Program-made: the position numbers and the translations under genes
Part shown: in pieces, positions 46,401 to 59,100 of the stretch
Layout: each line of letters starts with the position of its first letter
Position numbering within the stretch: position 1 is the first letter of the stretch
Assembly (NCBI GenBank): GCA_964035575.1
Contig: OZ037839.1
Coordinates: forward strand, 1,550,001 to 1,614,000
From: Rhynchopus sp. YZ270_cl-10
Lineage: Eukaryota
Direction: 5' to 3'
DNA length: 64,000 nucleotides
Notes under the pieces: generated by a model
Database searches by the model: none
Seen by the model: only the letters and a program-made list of their open reading frames with translations
What the model was told of the DNA's origin: nothing

Positions 46401-49400
46401 GGTTCGCGACCTGCCGGGGGTGGATCTGTCGGTTTGGTACCTGGATGACGGGACGCTCATGGGATCGCCTGCGGCAGTTGCGAAAGCCTTTGAGGTACTA
46501 AAGTCGGAGAGCCTGAAGTTGGGGCTATCGGTGAATTCCTCCAAATGCGAACTCATCCCCCTCGGAGGTGAGAAGAACCACACTGATGCCGTCCTCCAGG
46601 ATGCAGGATTTGCCGTGGCGGACCTGAAGGTGCTCCGAGAGGGATTCAGCTTTCTGGGGGCCCCCATCGGCACTAACGAGTACTGCGACGAGTTCATGGA
46701 GAGCACGATGCTTGAATTCTCGAAGAAACTCCGCCTGCTGGGTAAACTGGGAGATGCTCAGGTGGCTCTGTCTCTCTTGCGCCACTGTGAAGGATTTTGC
46801 AAAACTGTCTTCTACATGCGGGCCCTTCGTCACCAAGGGGATCACAAGTGGCTGGACAAGTACGACAAGGAGGTGGACCGGGTGCTGGCACAGATTCTGA
46901 GTTCGCCAGGGTCGGACCCGGACGCATTGATGCCGGATGCGGCTCGAGTGCAAGCTGCCCTCCCCGTGCGTATAGGGGGCTTGGGGGTGCGCCGTGCATA
47001 CGACCACTGGACTGCTGCCGCTATGGGAGCTGCTAGTGGCACCTTCGATTTATGCAAGCACCTGGACAAACACTACCGTTGGGATGCTGGAGGGTGGAGC
47101 CACACTGCCACCCGGTACAATGAGCTTGTGGACGCCGATGCCCGCGTGAACCCAGAGGAACAGCCCCAGCAAATCCTCAAACAGCGTGATCTGTCTGCCC
47201 CGATCATCACACGTCAAGTGTCTGAGTTGCGCGACACAGGGGACATCCAGGACCGTGCTCGGCTGAATTCCCTTCAGCTGCCCTTGGCGGGGGCGTGGAT
47301 TACCGCATTACCCACCCCAGAAAACGTCATCAACCCGGAAGAGTTTCGAGCAGTGGTCCGTCTCAGACTGGGTCTTGCGGTACACAGGGACAAGGCACTA
47401 TGCGAACAATGTGGTCGGCCCATGGATGAGTTCGGGATACACGCCCTCAACTGCAGCCATGGGGGTTGCACGATTCGCAGGCATGACCGGCTACGCGATC
47501 TGGTGGGCATGCTGGGTTCGAAGGCGGGCCTCGCTCCGTCCCTGGAGCCTAAGCACATCGTCCTCGGAGGGACCAAACCGGCAGACATCTTCTTCTCCAT
47601 CGGAGTCGGTGATGGCAAGCCTCGAGCGGTGGACTGCGTGGTAGCGAATCCCCTCGCCAAGTCGCATGTCCAAGGGGCGGCCCGGGCGGTGGGACACGCC
47701 GCGGTCACACATCAGACGGCGAAACGGGGCAAGCACGGCGAAGCCTGCAGGAAAGCTCATATTTCCTTCACAGCCTTTGCAGCCGAGGTCCTTGGGGGGC
47801 TAGGTCCGGAGGCAGACACGCTGTGGCGCCATCTGAACAAGATGGCTGCGGAGCGAGCGGACGGGGATAAAGTTCTGGCATCGGTCAAGTGGAACGAACG
47901 TCTGGCCGTGTGTGTCCAGCGGGAGGTGGGCGCCACATTGCTGAAGAGAGGCGCCCTGTGCTTCAGCCTTGCGGTCACGCGCACAGCAGTGCCAGCGAAA
48001 GCAGTGTCCCTCGACAAAAGCTACTACGTCTCGCCAGACCCTCCCGATGACCGTTTCCCTTCGTACGTGGATGACCATCTGTACCGCTTGTCTGAGAACG
48101 ACTGTGAAGTTGAAGAGGAACCTGTCGCTCCCGTCGCCCCTGATCCCCTTTATGACGTCGACGAAGCCACGGCAGCGATGGAGGCATGGCTGAGCCGACA
48201 AGCGGGCAAGGAATCCACCCATCCGTCCACCCTTGAAGTACCCTCCACTCCCTGCGAAGACCCTGCAACAGCATTCAAGGCGCTGGAGACATGTGACCCC
48301 CCGCCGGCCCTGCCGCTACAGCTGTCCTCCCTCGGGTGCTCCGTTCCCGCGGACTTCCGCTACACAGTGGGCGACTGTTGCTTCGATGCCGTGGCGTACC
48401 AGTGCGGGAGGAGTGCGGGGTCCCTGAGACAGGCGGCGATTGCACAGGTGGTCCAAGACGAGGACTTAGCGGCTCGCGCTGAACCAAGTGTCGGAGTATG
48501 GGCGCGACAGATGAGCATCGCTGGGTGTGCGCGTCCTGACACTTGGGCTGACATGGTGACGGTTAGCGGCCTGGCCCGAGCTCTGCATTCCCTGGTGGTG
48601 GTGTTCATTGGTGGCCATCGACCGTCGGTCTTCACCCCCTCAGGCGAAGTGGGATACCGTCAGGTGCTCGCACTAGCCCACGATGGCCGCACCGCAGGTC
48701 ACTTCACGCCGGTCAATATCCCCGAGAAGCTGACGCAGTTCCTCCTCATGCATGAACCGACCCCGCGCCTGCCGCCTCTCACTTGTGTGTCACGCGAGGG
48801 GCTTCTGGACTGCCCCCTGGAAGACTCACGGGCGGATTTCGGGAAATGCGAGCTGTGCTCGGCTGCGGTCCTCGGTCGTGAACGTCATTGGGAGTGTCGG
48901 GAGTGCTCAGTTTGGGTGTGTGTGCCGTGTCGTTCCCTCCCCTCAACCTGCCCGCGGGCCCTGCCAGTGTCCAGCAAGCCATGCGCGGCGAGGATCATTG
49001 CGCGCGCGCACGAGATGATTGACCCCAAGAGCATTAACTTGGTGAAGGTACAGCGTGAAGCTCGCGTGACCAGCCAAGTGGAGACTGCAAAGGCGCGGAG
49101 GGCACAGACGCAACGCAACATGAGACAGGCATCATCAGACGTCCAGGGACAAGAGAGCGGCTACTCCACCACACATTCAGCCCTCCCTACTCCGGTCGCG
49201 TCCTCGGTGCCCCCTGTCGCACAAGCAGTTGCCCGTCCCGGCGCCTCTGCGCAGACACACCCTGGTTCGGACGGGGCAACACAACCTCAGACCGGTACGG
49301 AGAGTGGCTTCTCAAACACCCACTCAGCCCTCCCCGTATCTTCTTCCTCTGAGGCAGTTCCCTCTTCCGTCCACCCGAGAGAGCAGCCGCCCGCCGCATC

Positions 49401-49830
49401 GCAGGGCAGCGAGTTCTCTATGGACCTCATCGACGAATCAGAACTCGCAGTCCCCATGTCTGACGCCACTTCGGCCCCCAGCACGTACACGCAATCGGAG
49501 AGTGGCTCTCAACCCGCACCTACAGCCCTCCCGACCAACGTGCCGTTCTATGCCGGTATGGCGCCCTGCCCAGGATTCAACAACATGGGGTGTCCAGCGA
49601 CCGCCGAGGCGTGGAAGGACACGTTCTACCCGAACACGCTTCAGCACCAGTCGCTGGCAGCGGGAGGGGATTGGCAGTCGGTGGATGACGCCCTCACCTG
49701 CCTCTACCTGTGGAAAGAAGCGAAGAAGCCGTCGATGAGCTCCGACGAGGTGGAAGAGGCTTACACCCTCTACAACCGTCTGCGGGGCCTAAAGCGGAGC
49801 AGGAACTCGCGGCCGTCCCAGAGCACTTGA
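42019..49830 (+). CDS. Retrotransposon polyprotein: OTU-like, Zn fingers, reverse transcriptase, CCHC + restriction-like endonuclease, second OTU-like, Cys-rich Zn finger
   Basis: RT motifs RPIAVGE, KIDFSNAFN, GVQQGDPLGPLLF, WYLDDG (~45800-46680). RLE motifs CEQC..HALNC, RRHD, KPADI, VDC (~47400-47900). DNCLF...GNHFD (~44410-44800). GDCCFDA...GHF (~48360-48715). Start uncertain; 42019 is the first ATG after the SL. Confidence 0.88.
43324..43876. repeat. Degenerate (CAG/CAA)n trinucleotide tract inside the retrotransposon ORF
   Basis: Read as poly-Ser/Asn in the RT frame. Confidence 0.95.
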
Positions 49831-50135
49831 GTTTTTCTTTTTCATTCTTTACTTTTGTTTGGCTTTTAGCCTCCCCCCTCCCCCTTTGCCTATTGGTTTT
49901 ATTTTATTTTATTTTTAGAATTAGAGTGTACAGCTAGGTAGGACCAGACGTCGTTAACAGCTATGAACCAAAGAGGTTCTCAGTGTCGTCGGCCAAGCCC
50001 CTTCACCAAAAAAGACTACAACAAGAAAACAAACACACAGAAAAAAAAGTAAAAGAATGCCCTTCCTCAGTCCGGAAGTATCACCTCAACCGGTCACACC
50101 TGCCGTAAAATAGAGAGAGGTTACAGAATACAGAT

Positions 50136-50189
<54 letters not shown>

Positions 50190-50197
<8 letters not shown>

Positions 50198-53100
50198 AGA
50201 CAAAGTGATTTTTACCTGGATTTTTGCCTGTATTTTACTAGGGATTTTCCCTTAGTAAAATACAGGGGAATTATCTAACACCTCGTCCCGAGTTTTTGTC
50301 CGAGAATGCGATTACTAATTAGTTACTCCACTAATTAAATCGAGCAAAAATATGGTGAACTCAGCGGAGCCCGGTTTTAAAAGTGCCAAAAACGACCTTT
50401 TCGTTTTGACGCGTTGTGAGTTCCTCAAATGCAATTTTGAAGGGTAAAAAATTCGGGTTTTCTAAGCACATGCAGTGCTAAGTTAAAAAAAATCGCGAAA
50501 AAAAAATACAAAAATTTTGTGTTGGAAGCTCGGAACCCAGAAACGTCCAATGGTGAAGTTTTTTTCTGGTTTCGTTGCACCCTGTATTTTTACTTAAAAA
50601 TCAAGACAAAGTGATTTTTACCTGGATTTTTGCCTGTATTTTACTAGGGATTTTCCCTTAGTAAAATACAGGGGAATTATCTAACACCTCGTCCCGAGTT
50701 TTTGTCCGAGAATGCGATTACTAATTAGTTACTCCACTAATTAAATCGAGCAAAAATATGGTGAACTCAGCGGAGCCCGGTTTTAAAAGTGCCAAAAACG
50801 ACCTTTTCGTTTTGACGCGTTGTGAGTTCCTCAAATGCAATTTTGAAGGGTAAAAAATTCGGGTTTTCTAAGCACATGCAGTGCTAAGTTAAAAAAAATC
50901 GCGAAAAAAAAATACAAAAATTTTGTGTTGGAAGCTCGGAACCCAGAAACGTCCAATGGTGAAGTTTTTTTCTGGTTTCGTTGCACCCTGTATTTTTACT
51001 TAAAAATCAAGACAAAGTGATTTTTACCTGGATTTTTGCCTGTATTTTACTAGGGATTTTCCCTTAGTAAAATACAGGGGAATTATCTAACACCTCGTCC
51101 CGAGTTTTTGTCCGAGAATGCGATTACTAATTAGTTACTCCACTAATTAAATCGAGCAAAAATATGGTGAACTCAGCGGAGCCCGGTTTTAAAAGTGCCA
51201 AAAACGACCTTTTCGTTTTGACGCGTTGTGAGTTCCTCAAATGCAATTTTGAAGGGTAAAAAATTCGGGTTTTCTAAGCACATGCAGTGCTAAGTTAAAA
51301 AAAATCGCGAAAAAAAAATACAAAAATTTTGTGTTGGAAGCTCGGAACCCAGAAACGTCCAATGGTGAAGTTTTTTTCTGGTTTCGTTGCACCCTGTATT
51401 TTTACTTAAAAATCAAGACAAAGTGATTTTTACCTGGATTTTTGCCTGTATTTTACTAGGGATTTTCCCTTAGTAAAATACAGGGGAATTATCTAACACC
51501 TCGTCCCGAGTTTTTGTCCGAGAATGCGATTACTAATTAGTTACTCCACTAATTAAATCGAGCAAAAATATGGTGAACTCAGCGGAGCCCGGTTTTAAAA
51601 GTGCCAAAAACGACCTTTTCGTTTTGACGCGTTGTGAGTTCCTCAAATGCAATTTTGAAGGGTAAAAAATTCGGGTTTTCTAAGCACATGCAGTGCTAAG
51701 TTAAAAAAAATCGCGAAAAAAAAATACAAAAATTTTGTGTTGGAAGCTCGGAACCCAGAAACGTCCAATGGTGAAGTTTTTTTCTGGTTTCGTTGCACCC
51801 TGTATTTTTACTTAAAAATCAAGACAAAGTGATTTTTACCTGGATTTTTGCCTGTATTTTACTAGGGATTTTCCCTTAGTAAAATACAGGGGAATTATCT
51901 AACACCTCGTCCCGAGTTTTTGTCCGAGAATGCGATTACTAATTAGTTACTCCACTAATTAAATCGAGCAAAAATATGGTGAACTCAGCGGAGCCCGGTT
52001 TTAAAAGTGCCAAAAACGACCTTTTCGTTTTGACGCGTTGTGAGTTCCTCAAATGCAATTTTGAAGGGTAAAAAATTCGGGTTTTCTAAGCACATGCAGT
52101 GCTAAGTTAAAAAAAATCGCGAAAAAAAAATACAAAAATTTTGTGTTGGAAGCTCGGAACCCAGAAACGTCCAATGGTGAAGTTTTTTTCTGGTTTCGTT
52201 GCACCCTGTATTTTTACTTAAAAATCAAGACAAAGTGATTTTTACCTGGATTTTTGCCTGTATTTTACTAGGGATTTTCCCTTAGTAAAATACAGGGGAA
52301 TTATCTAACACCTCGTCCCGAGTTTTTGTCCGAGAATGCGATTACTAATTAGTTACTCCACTAATTAAATCGAGCAAAAATATGGTGAACTCAGCGGAGC
52401 CCGGTTTTAAAAGTGCCAAAAACGACCTTTTCGTTTTGACGCGTTGTGAGTTCCTCAAATGCAATTTTGAAGGGTAAAAAATTCGGGTTTTCTAAGCACA
52501 TGCAGTGCTAAGTTAAAAAAAATCGCGAAAAAAAAATACAAAAATTTTGTGTTGGAAGCTCGGAACCCAGAAACGTCCAATGGTGAAGTTTTTTTCTGGT
52601 TTCGTTGCACCCTGTATTTTTACTTAAAAATCAAGACAAAGTGATTTTTACCTGGATTTTTGCCTGTATTTTACTAGGGATTTTCCCTTAGTAAAATACA
52701 GGGGAATTATCTAACACCTCGTCCCGAGTTTTTGTCCGAGAATGCGATTACTAATTAGTTACTCCACTAATTAAATCGAGCAAAAATATGGTGAACTCAG
52801 CGGAGCCCGGTTTTAAAAGTGCCAAAAACGACCTTTTCGTTTTGACGCGTTGTGAGTTCCTCAAATGCAATTTTGAAGGGTAAAAAATTCGGGTTTTCTA
52901 AGCACATGCAGTGCTAAGTTAAAAAAAATCGCGAAAAAAAAATACAAAAATTTTGTGTTGGAAGCTCGGAACCCAGAAACGTCCAATGGTGAAGTTTTTT
53001 TCTGGTTTCGTTGCACCCTGTATTTTTACTTAAAAATCAAGACAAAGTGATTTTTACCTGGATTTTTGCCTGTATTTTACTAGGGATTTTCCCTTAGTAA

Positions 53101-56100
53101 AATACAGGGGAATTATCTAACACCTCGTCCCGAGTTTTTGTCCGAGAATGCGATTACTAATTAGTTACTCCACTAATTAAATCGAGCAAAAATATGGTGA
53201 ACTCAGCGGAGCCCGGTTTTAAAAGTGCCAAAAACGACCTTTTCGTTTTGACGCGTTGTGAGTTCCTCAAATGCAATTTTGAAGGGTAAAAAATTCGGGT
53301 TTTCTAAGCACATGCAGTGCTAAGTTAAAAAAAATCGCGAAAAAAAAATACAAAAATTTTGTGTTGGAAGCTCGGAACCCAGAAACGTCCAATGGTGAAG
53401 TTTTTTTCTGGTTTCGTTGCACCCTGTATTTTTACTTAAAAATCAAGACAAAGTGATTTTTACCTGGATTTTTGCCTGTATTTTACTAGGGATTTTCCCT
53501 TAGTAAAATACAGGGGAATTATCTAACACCTCGTCCCGAGTTTTTGTCCGAGAATGCGATTACTAATTAGTTACTCCACTAATTAAATCGAGCAAAAATA
53601 TGGTGAACTCAGCGGAGCCCGGTTTTAAAAGTGCCAAAAACGACCTTTTCGTTTTGACGCGTTGTGAGTTCCTCAAATGCAATTTTGAAGGGTAAAAAAT
53701 TCGGGTTTTCTAAGCACATGCAGTGCTAAGTTAAAAAAAATCGCGAAAAAAAAATACAAAAATTTTGTGTTGGAAGCTCGGAACCCAGAAACGTCCAATG
53801 GTGAAGTTTTTTTCTGGTTTCGTTGCACCCTGTATTTTTACTTAAAAATCAAGACAAAGTGATTTTTACCTGGATTTTTGCCTGTATTTTACTAGGGATT
53901 TTCCCTTAGTAAAATACAGGGGAATTATCTAACACCTCGTCCCGAGTTTTTGTCCGAGAATGCGATTACTAATTAGTTACTCCACTAATTAAATCGAGCA
54001 AAAATATGGTGAACTCAGCGGAGCCCGGTTTTAAAAGTGCCAAAAACGACCTTTTCGTTTTGACGCGTTGTGAGTTCCTCAAATGCAATTTTGAAGGGTA
54101 AAAAATTCGGGTTTTCTAAGCACATGCAGTGCTAAGTTAAAAAAAATCGCGAAAAAAAAATACAAAAATTTTGTGTTGGAAGCTCGGAACCCAGAAACGT
54201 CCAATGGTGAAGTTTTTTTCTGGTTTCGTTGCACCCTGTATTTTTACTTAAAAATCAAGACAAAGTGATTTTTACCTGGATTTTTGCCTGTATTTTACTA
54301 GGGATTTTCCCTTAGTAAAATACAGGGGAATTATCTAACACCTCGTCCCGAGTTTTTGTCCGAGAATGCGATTACTAATTAGTTACTCCACTAATTAAAT
54401 CGAGCAAAAATATGGTGAACTCAGCGGAGCCCGGTTTTAAAAGTGCCAAAAACGACCTTTTCGTTTTGACGCGTTGTGAGTTCCTCAAATGCAATTTTGA
54501 AGGGTAAAAAATTCGGGTTTTCTAAGCACATGCAGTGCTAAGTTAAAAAAAATCGCGAAAAAAAAATACAAAAATTTTGTGTTGGAAGCTCGGAACCCAG
54601 AAACGTCCAATGGTGAAGTTTTTTTCTGGTTTCGTTGCACCCTGTATTTTTACTTAAAAATCAAGACAAAGTGATTTTTACCTGGATTTTTGCCTGTATT
54701 TTACTAGGGATTTTCCCTTAGTAAAATACAGGGGAATTATCTAACACCTCGTCCCGAGTTTTTGTCCGAGAATGCGATTACTAATTAGTTACTCCACTAA
54801 TTAAATCGAGCAAAAATATGGTGAACTCAGCGGAGCCCGGTTTTAAAAGTGCCAAAAACGACCTTTTCGTTTTGACGCGTTGTGAGTTCCTCAAATGCAA
54901 TTTTGAAGGGTAAAAAATTCGGGTTTTCTAAGCACATGCAGTGCTAAGTTAAAAAAAATCGCGAAAAAAAAATACAAAAATTTTGTGTTGGAAGCTCGGA
55001 ACCCAGAAACGTCCAATGGTGAAGTTTTTTTCTGGTTTCGTTGCACCCTGTATTTTTACTTAAAAATCAAGACAAAGTGATTTTTACCTGGATTTTTGCC
55101 TGTATTTTACTAGGGATTTTCCCTTAGTAAAATACAGGGGAATTATCTAACACCTCGTCCCGAGTTTTTGTCCGAGAATGCGATTACTAATTAGTTACTC
55201 CACTAATTAAATCGAGCAAAAATATGGTGAACTCAGCGGAGCCCGGTTTTAAAAGTGCCAAAAACGACCTTTTCGTTTTGACGCGTTGTGAGTTCCTCAA
55301 ATGCAATTTTGAAGGGTAAAAAATTCGGGTTTTCTAAGCACATGCAGTGCTAAGTTAAAAAAAATCGCGAAAAAAAAATACAAAAATTTTGTGTTGGAAG
55401 CTCGGAACCCAGAAACGTCCAATGGTGAAGTTTTTTTCTGGTTTCGTTGCACCCTGTATTTTTACTTAAAAATCAAGACAAAGTGATTTTTACCTGGATT
55501 TTTGCCTGTATTTTACTAGGGATTTTCCCTTAGTAAAATACAGGGGAATTATCTAACACCTCGTCCCGAGTTTTTGTCCGAGAATGCGATTACTAATTAG
55601 TTACTCCACTAATTAAATCGAGCAAAAATATGGTGAACTCAGCGGAGCCCGGTTTTAAAAGTGCCAAAAACGACCTTTTCGTTTTGACGCGTTGTGAGTT
55701 CCTCAAATGCAATTTTGAAGGGTAAAAAATTCGGGTTTTCTAAGCACATGCAGTGCTAAGTTAAAAAAAATCGCGAAAAAAAAATACAAAAATTTTGTGT
55801 TGGAAGCTCGGAACCCAGAAACGTCCAATGGTGAAGTTTTTTTCTGGTTTCGTTGCACCCTGTATTTTTACTTAAAAATCAAGACAAAGTGATTTTTACC
55901 TGGATTTTTGCCTGTATTTTACTAGGGATTTTCCCTTAGTAAAATACAGGGGAATTATCTAACACCTCGTCCCGAGTTTTTGTCCGAGAATGCGATTACT
56001 AATTAGTTACTCCACTAATTAAATCGAGCAAAAATATGGTGAACTCAGCGGAGCCCGGTTTTAAAAGTGCCAAAAACGACCTTTTCGTTTTGACGCGTTG

Positions 56101-59100
56101 TGAGTTCCTCAAATGCAATTTTGAAGGGTAAAAAATTCGGGTTTTCTAAGCACATGCAGTGCTAAGTTAAAAAAAATCGCGAAAAAAAAATACAAAAATT
56201 TTGTGTTGGAAGCTCGGAACCCAGAAACGTCCAATGGTGAAGTTTTTTTCTGGTTTCGTTGCACCCTGTATTTTTACTTAAAAATCAAGACAAAGTGATT
56301 TTTACCTGGATTTTTGCCTGTATTTTACTAGGGATTTTCCCTTAGTAAAATACAGGGGAATTATCTAACACCTCGTCCCGAGTTTTTGTCCGAGAATGCG
56401 ATTACTAATTAGTTACTCCACTAATTAAATCGAGCAAAAATATGGTGAACTCAGCGGAGCCCGGTTTTAAAAGTGCCAAAAACGACCTTTTCGTTTTGAC
56501 GCGTTGTGAGTTCCTCAAATGCAATTTTGAAGGGTAAAAAATTCGGGTTTTCTAAGCACATGCAGTGCTAAGTTAAAAAAAATCGCGAAAAAAAAATACA
56601 AAAATTTTGTGTTGGAAGCTCGGAACCCAGAAACGTCCAATGGTGAAGTTTTTTTCTGGTTTCGTTGCACCCTGTATTTTTACTTAAAAATCAAGACAAA
56701 GTGATTTTTACCTGGATTTTTGCCTGTATTTTACTAGGGATTTTCCCTTAGTAAAATACAGGGGAATTATCTAACACCTCGTCCCGAGTTTTTGTCCGAG
56801 AATGCGATTACTAATTAGTTACTCCACTAATTAAATCGAGCAAAAATATGGTGAACTCAGCGGAGCCCGGTTTTAAAAGTGCCAAAAACGACCTTTTCGT
56901 TTTGACGCGTTGTGAGTTCCTCAAATGCAATTTTGAAGGGTAAAAAATTCGGGTTTTCTAAGCACATGCAGTGCTAAGTTAAAAAAAATCGCGAAAAAAA
57001 AATACAAAAATTTTGTGTTGGAAGCTCGGAACCCAGAAACGTCCAATGGTGAAGTTTTTTTCTGGTTTCGTTGCACCCTGTATTTTTACTTAAAAATCAA
57101 GACAAAGTGATTTTTACCTGGATTTTTGCCTGTATTTTACTAGGGATTTTCCCTTAGTAAAATACAGGGGAATTATCTAACACCTCGTCCCGAGTTTTTG
57201 TCCGAGAATGCGATTACTAATTAGTTACTCCACTAATTAAATCGAGCAAAAATATGGTGAACTCAGCGGAGCCCGGTTTTAAAAGTGCCAAAAACGACCT
57301 TTTCGTTTTGACGCGTTGTGAGTTCCTCAAATGCAATTTTGAAGGGTAAAAAATTCGGGTTTTCTAAGCACATGCAGTGCTAAGTTAAAAAAAATCGCGA
57401 AAAAAAAATACAAAAATTTTGTGTTGGAAGCTCGGAACCCAGAAACGTCCAATGGTGAAGTTTTTTTCTGGTTTCGTTGCACCCTGTATTTTTACTTAAA
57501 AATCAAGACAAAGTGATTTTTACCTGGATTTTTGCCTGTATTTTACTAGGGATTTTCCCTTAGTAAAATACAGGGGAATTATCTAACACCTCGTCCCGAG
57601 TTTTTGTCCGAGAATGCGATTACTAATTAGTTACTCCACTAATTAAATCGAGCAAAAATATGGTGAACTCAGCGGAGCCCGGTTTTAAAAGTGCCAAAAA
57701 CGACCTTTTCGTTTTGACGCGTTGTGAGTTCCTCAAATGCAATTTTGAAGGGTAAAAAATTCGGGTTTTCTAAGCACATGCAGTGCTAAGTTAAAAAAAA
57801 TCGCGAAAAAAAAATACAAAAATTTTGTGTTGGAAGCTCGGAACCCAGAAACGTCCAATGGTGAAGTTTTTTTCTGGTTTCGTTGCACCCTGTATTTTTA
57901 CTTAAAAATCAAGACAAAGTGATTTTTACCTGGATTTTTGCCTGTATTTTACTAGGGATTTTCCCTTAGTAAAATACAGGGGAATTATCTAACACCTCGT
58001 CCCGAGTTTTTGTCCGAGAATGCGATTACTAATTAGTTACTCCACTAATTAAATCGAGCAAAAATATGGTGAACTCAGCGGAGCCCGGTTTTAAAAGTGC
58101 CAAAAACGACCTTTTCGTTTTGACGCGTTGTGAGTTCCTCAAATGCAATTTTGAAGGGTAAAAAATTCGGGTTTTCTAAGCACATGCAGTGCTAAGTTAA
58201 AAAAAATCGCGAAAAAAAAATACAAAAATTTTGTGTTGGAAGCTCGGAACCCAGAAACGTCCAATGGTGAAGTTTTTTTCTGGTTTCGTTGCACCCTGTA
58301 TTTTTACTTAAAAATCAAGACAAAGTGATTTTTACCTGGATTTTTGCCTGTATTTTACTAGGGATTTTCCCTTAGTAAAATACAGGGGAATTATCTAACA
58401 CCTCGTCCCGAGTTTTTGTCCGAGAATGCGATTACTAATTAGTTACTCCACTAATTAAATCGAGCAAAAATATGGTGAACTCAGCGGAGCCCGGTTTTAA
58501 AAGTGCCAAAAACGACCTTTTCGTTTTGACGCGTTGTGAGTTCCTCAAATGCAATTTTGAAGGGTAAAAAATTCGGGTTTTCTAAGCACATGCAGTGCTA
58601 AGTTAAAAAAAATCGCGAAAAAAAAATACAAAAATTTTGTGTTGGAAGCTCGGAACCCAGAAACGTCCAATGGTGAAGTTTTTTTCTGGTTTCGTTGCAC
58701 CCTGTATTTTTACTTAAAAATCAAGACAAAGTGATTTTTACCTGGATTTTTGCCTGTATTTTACTAGGGATTTTCCCTTAGTAAAATACAGGGGAATTAT
58801 CTAACACCTCGTCCCGAGTTTTTGTCCGAGAATGCGATTACTAATTAGTTACTCCACTAATTAAATCGAGCAAAAATATGGTGAACTCAGCGGAGCCCGG
58901 TTTTAAAAGTGCCAAAAACGACCTTTTCGTTTTGACGCGTTGTGAGTTCCTCAAATGCAATTTTGAAGGGTAAAAAATTCGGGTTTTCTAAGCACATGCA
59001 GTGCTAAGTTAAAAAAAATCGCGAAAAAAAAATACAAAAATTTTGTGTTGGAAGCTCGGAACCCAGAAACGTCCAATGGTGAAGTTTTTTTCTGGTTTCG

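Larger units (their letters stand above)
41907..50189 (+). mobile_element. Full-length RLE-type non-LTR retrotransposon (CRE/SLACS/CZAR-like)
   Basis: 5' SL, single long ORF, ~310-nt 3' UTR, poly(A) at 50140-50194, and TSD AAAAATC(A) at 41900-41906/7 and 50190-50196/7. Confidence 0.92.

Noticed and set aside
7150..49830. Diversity-generating retroelement (RT plus variable LRR codons, many NNC)
   Set aside because: The RT is a non-LTR RT-RLE type and no invariant adenine-rich template repeat is visible. Fixed third positions are equally explained by positive selection. A genome-wide search for an AAC-rich template copy would be needed to revive the idea.
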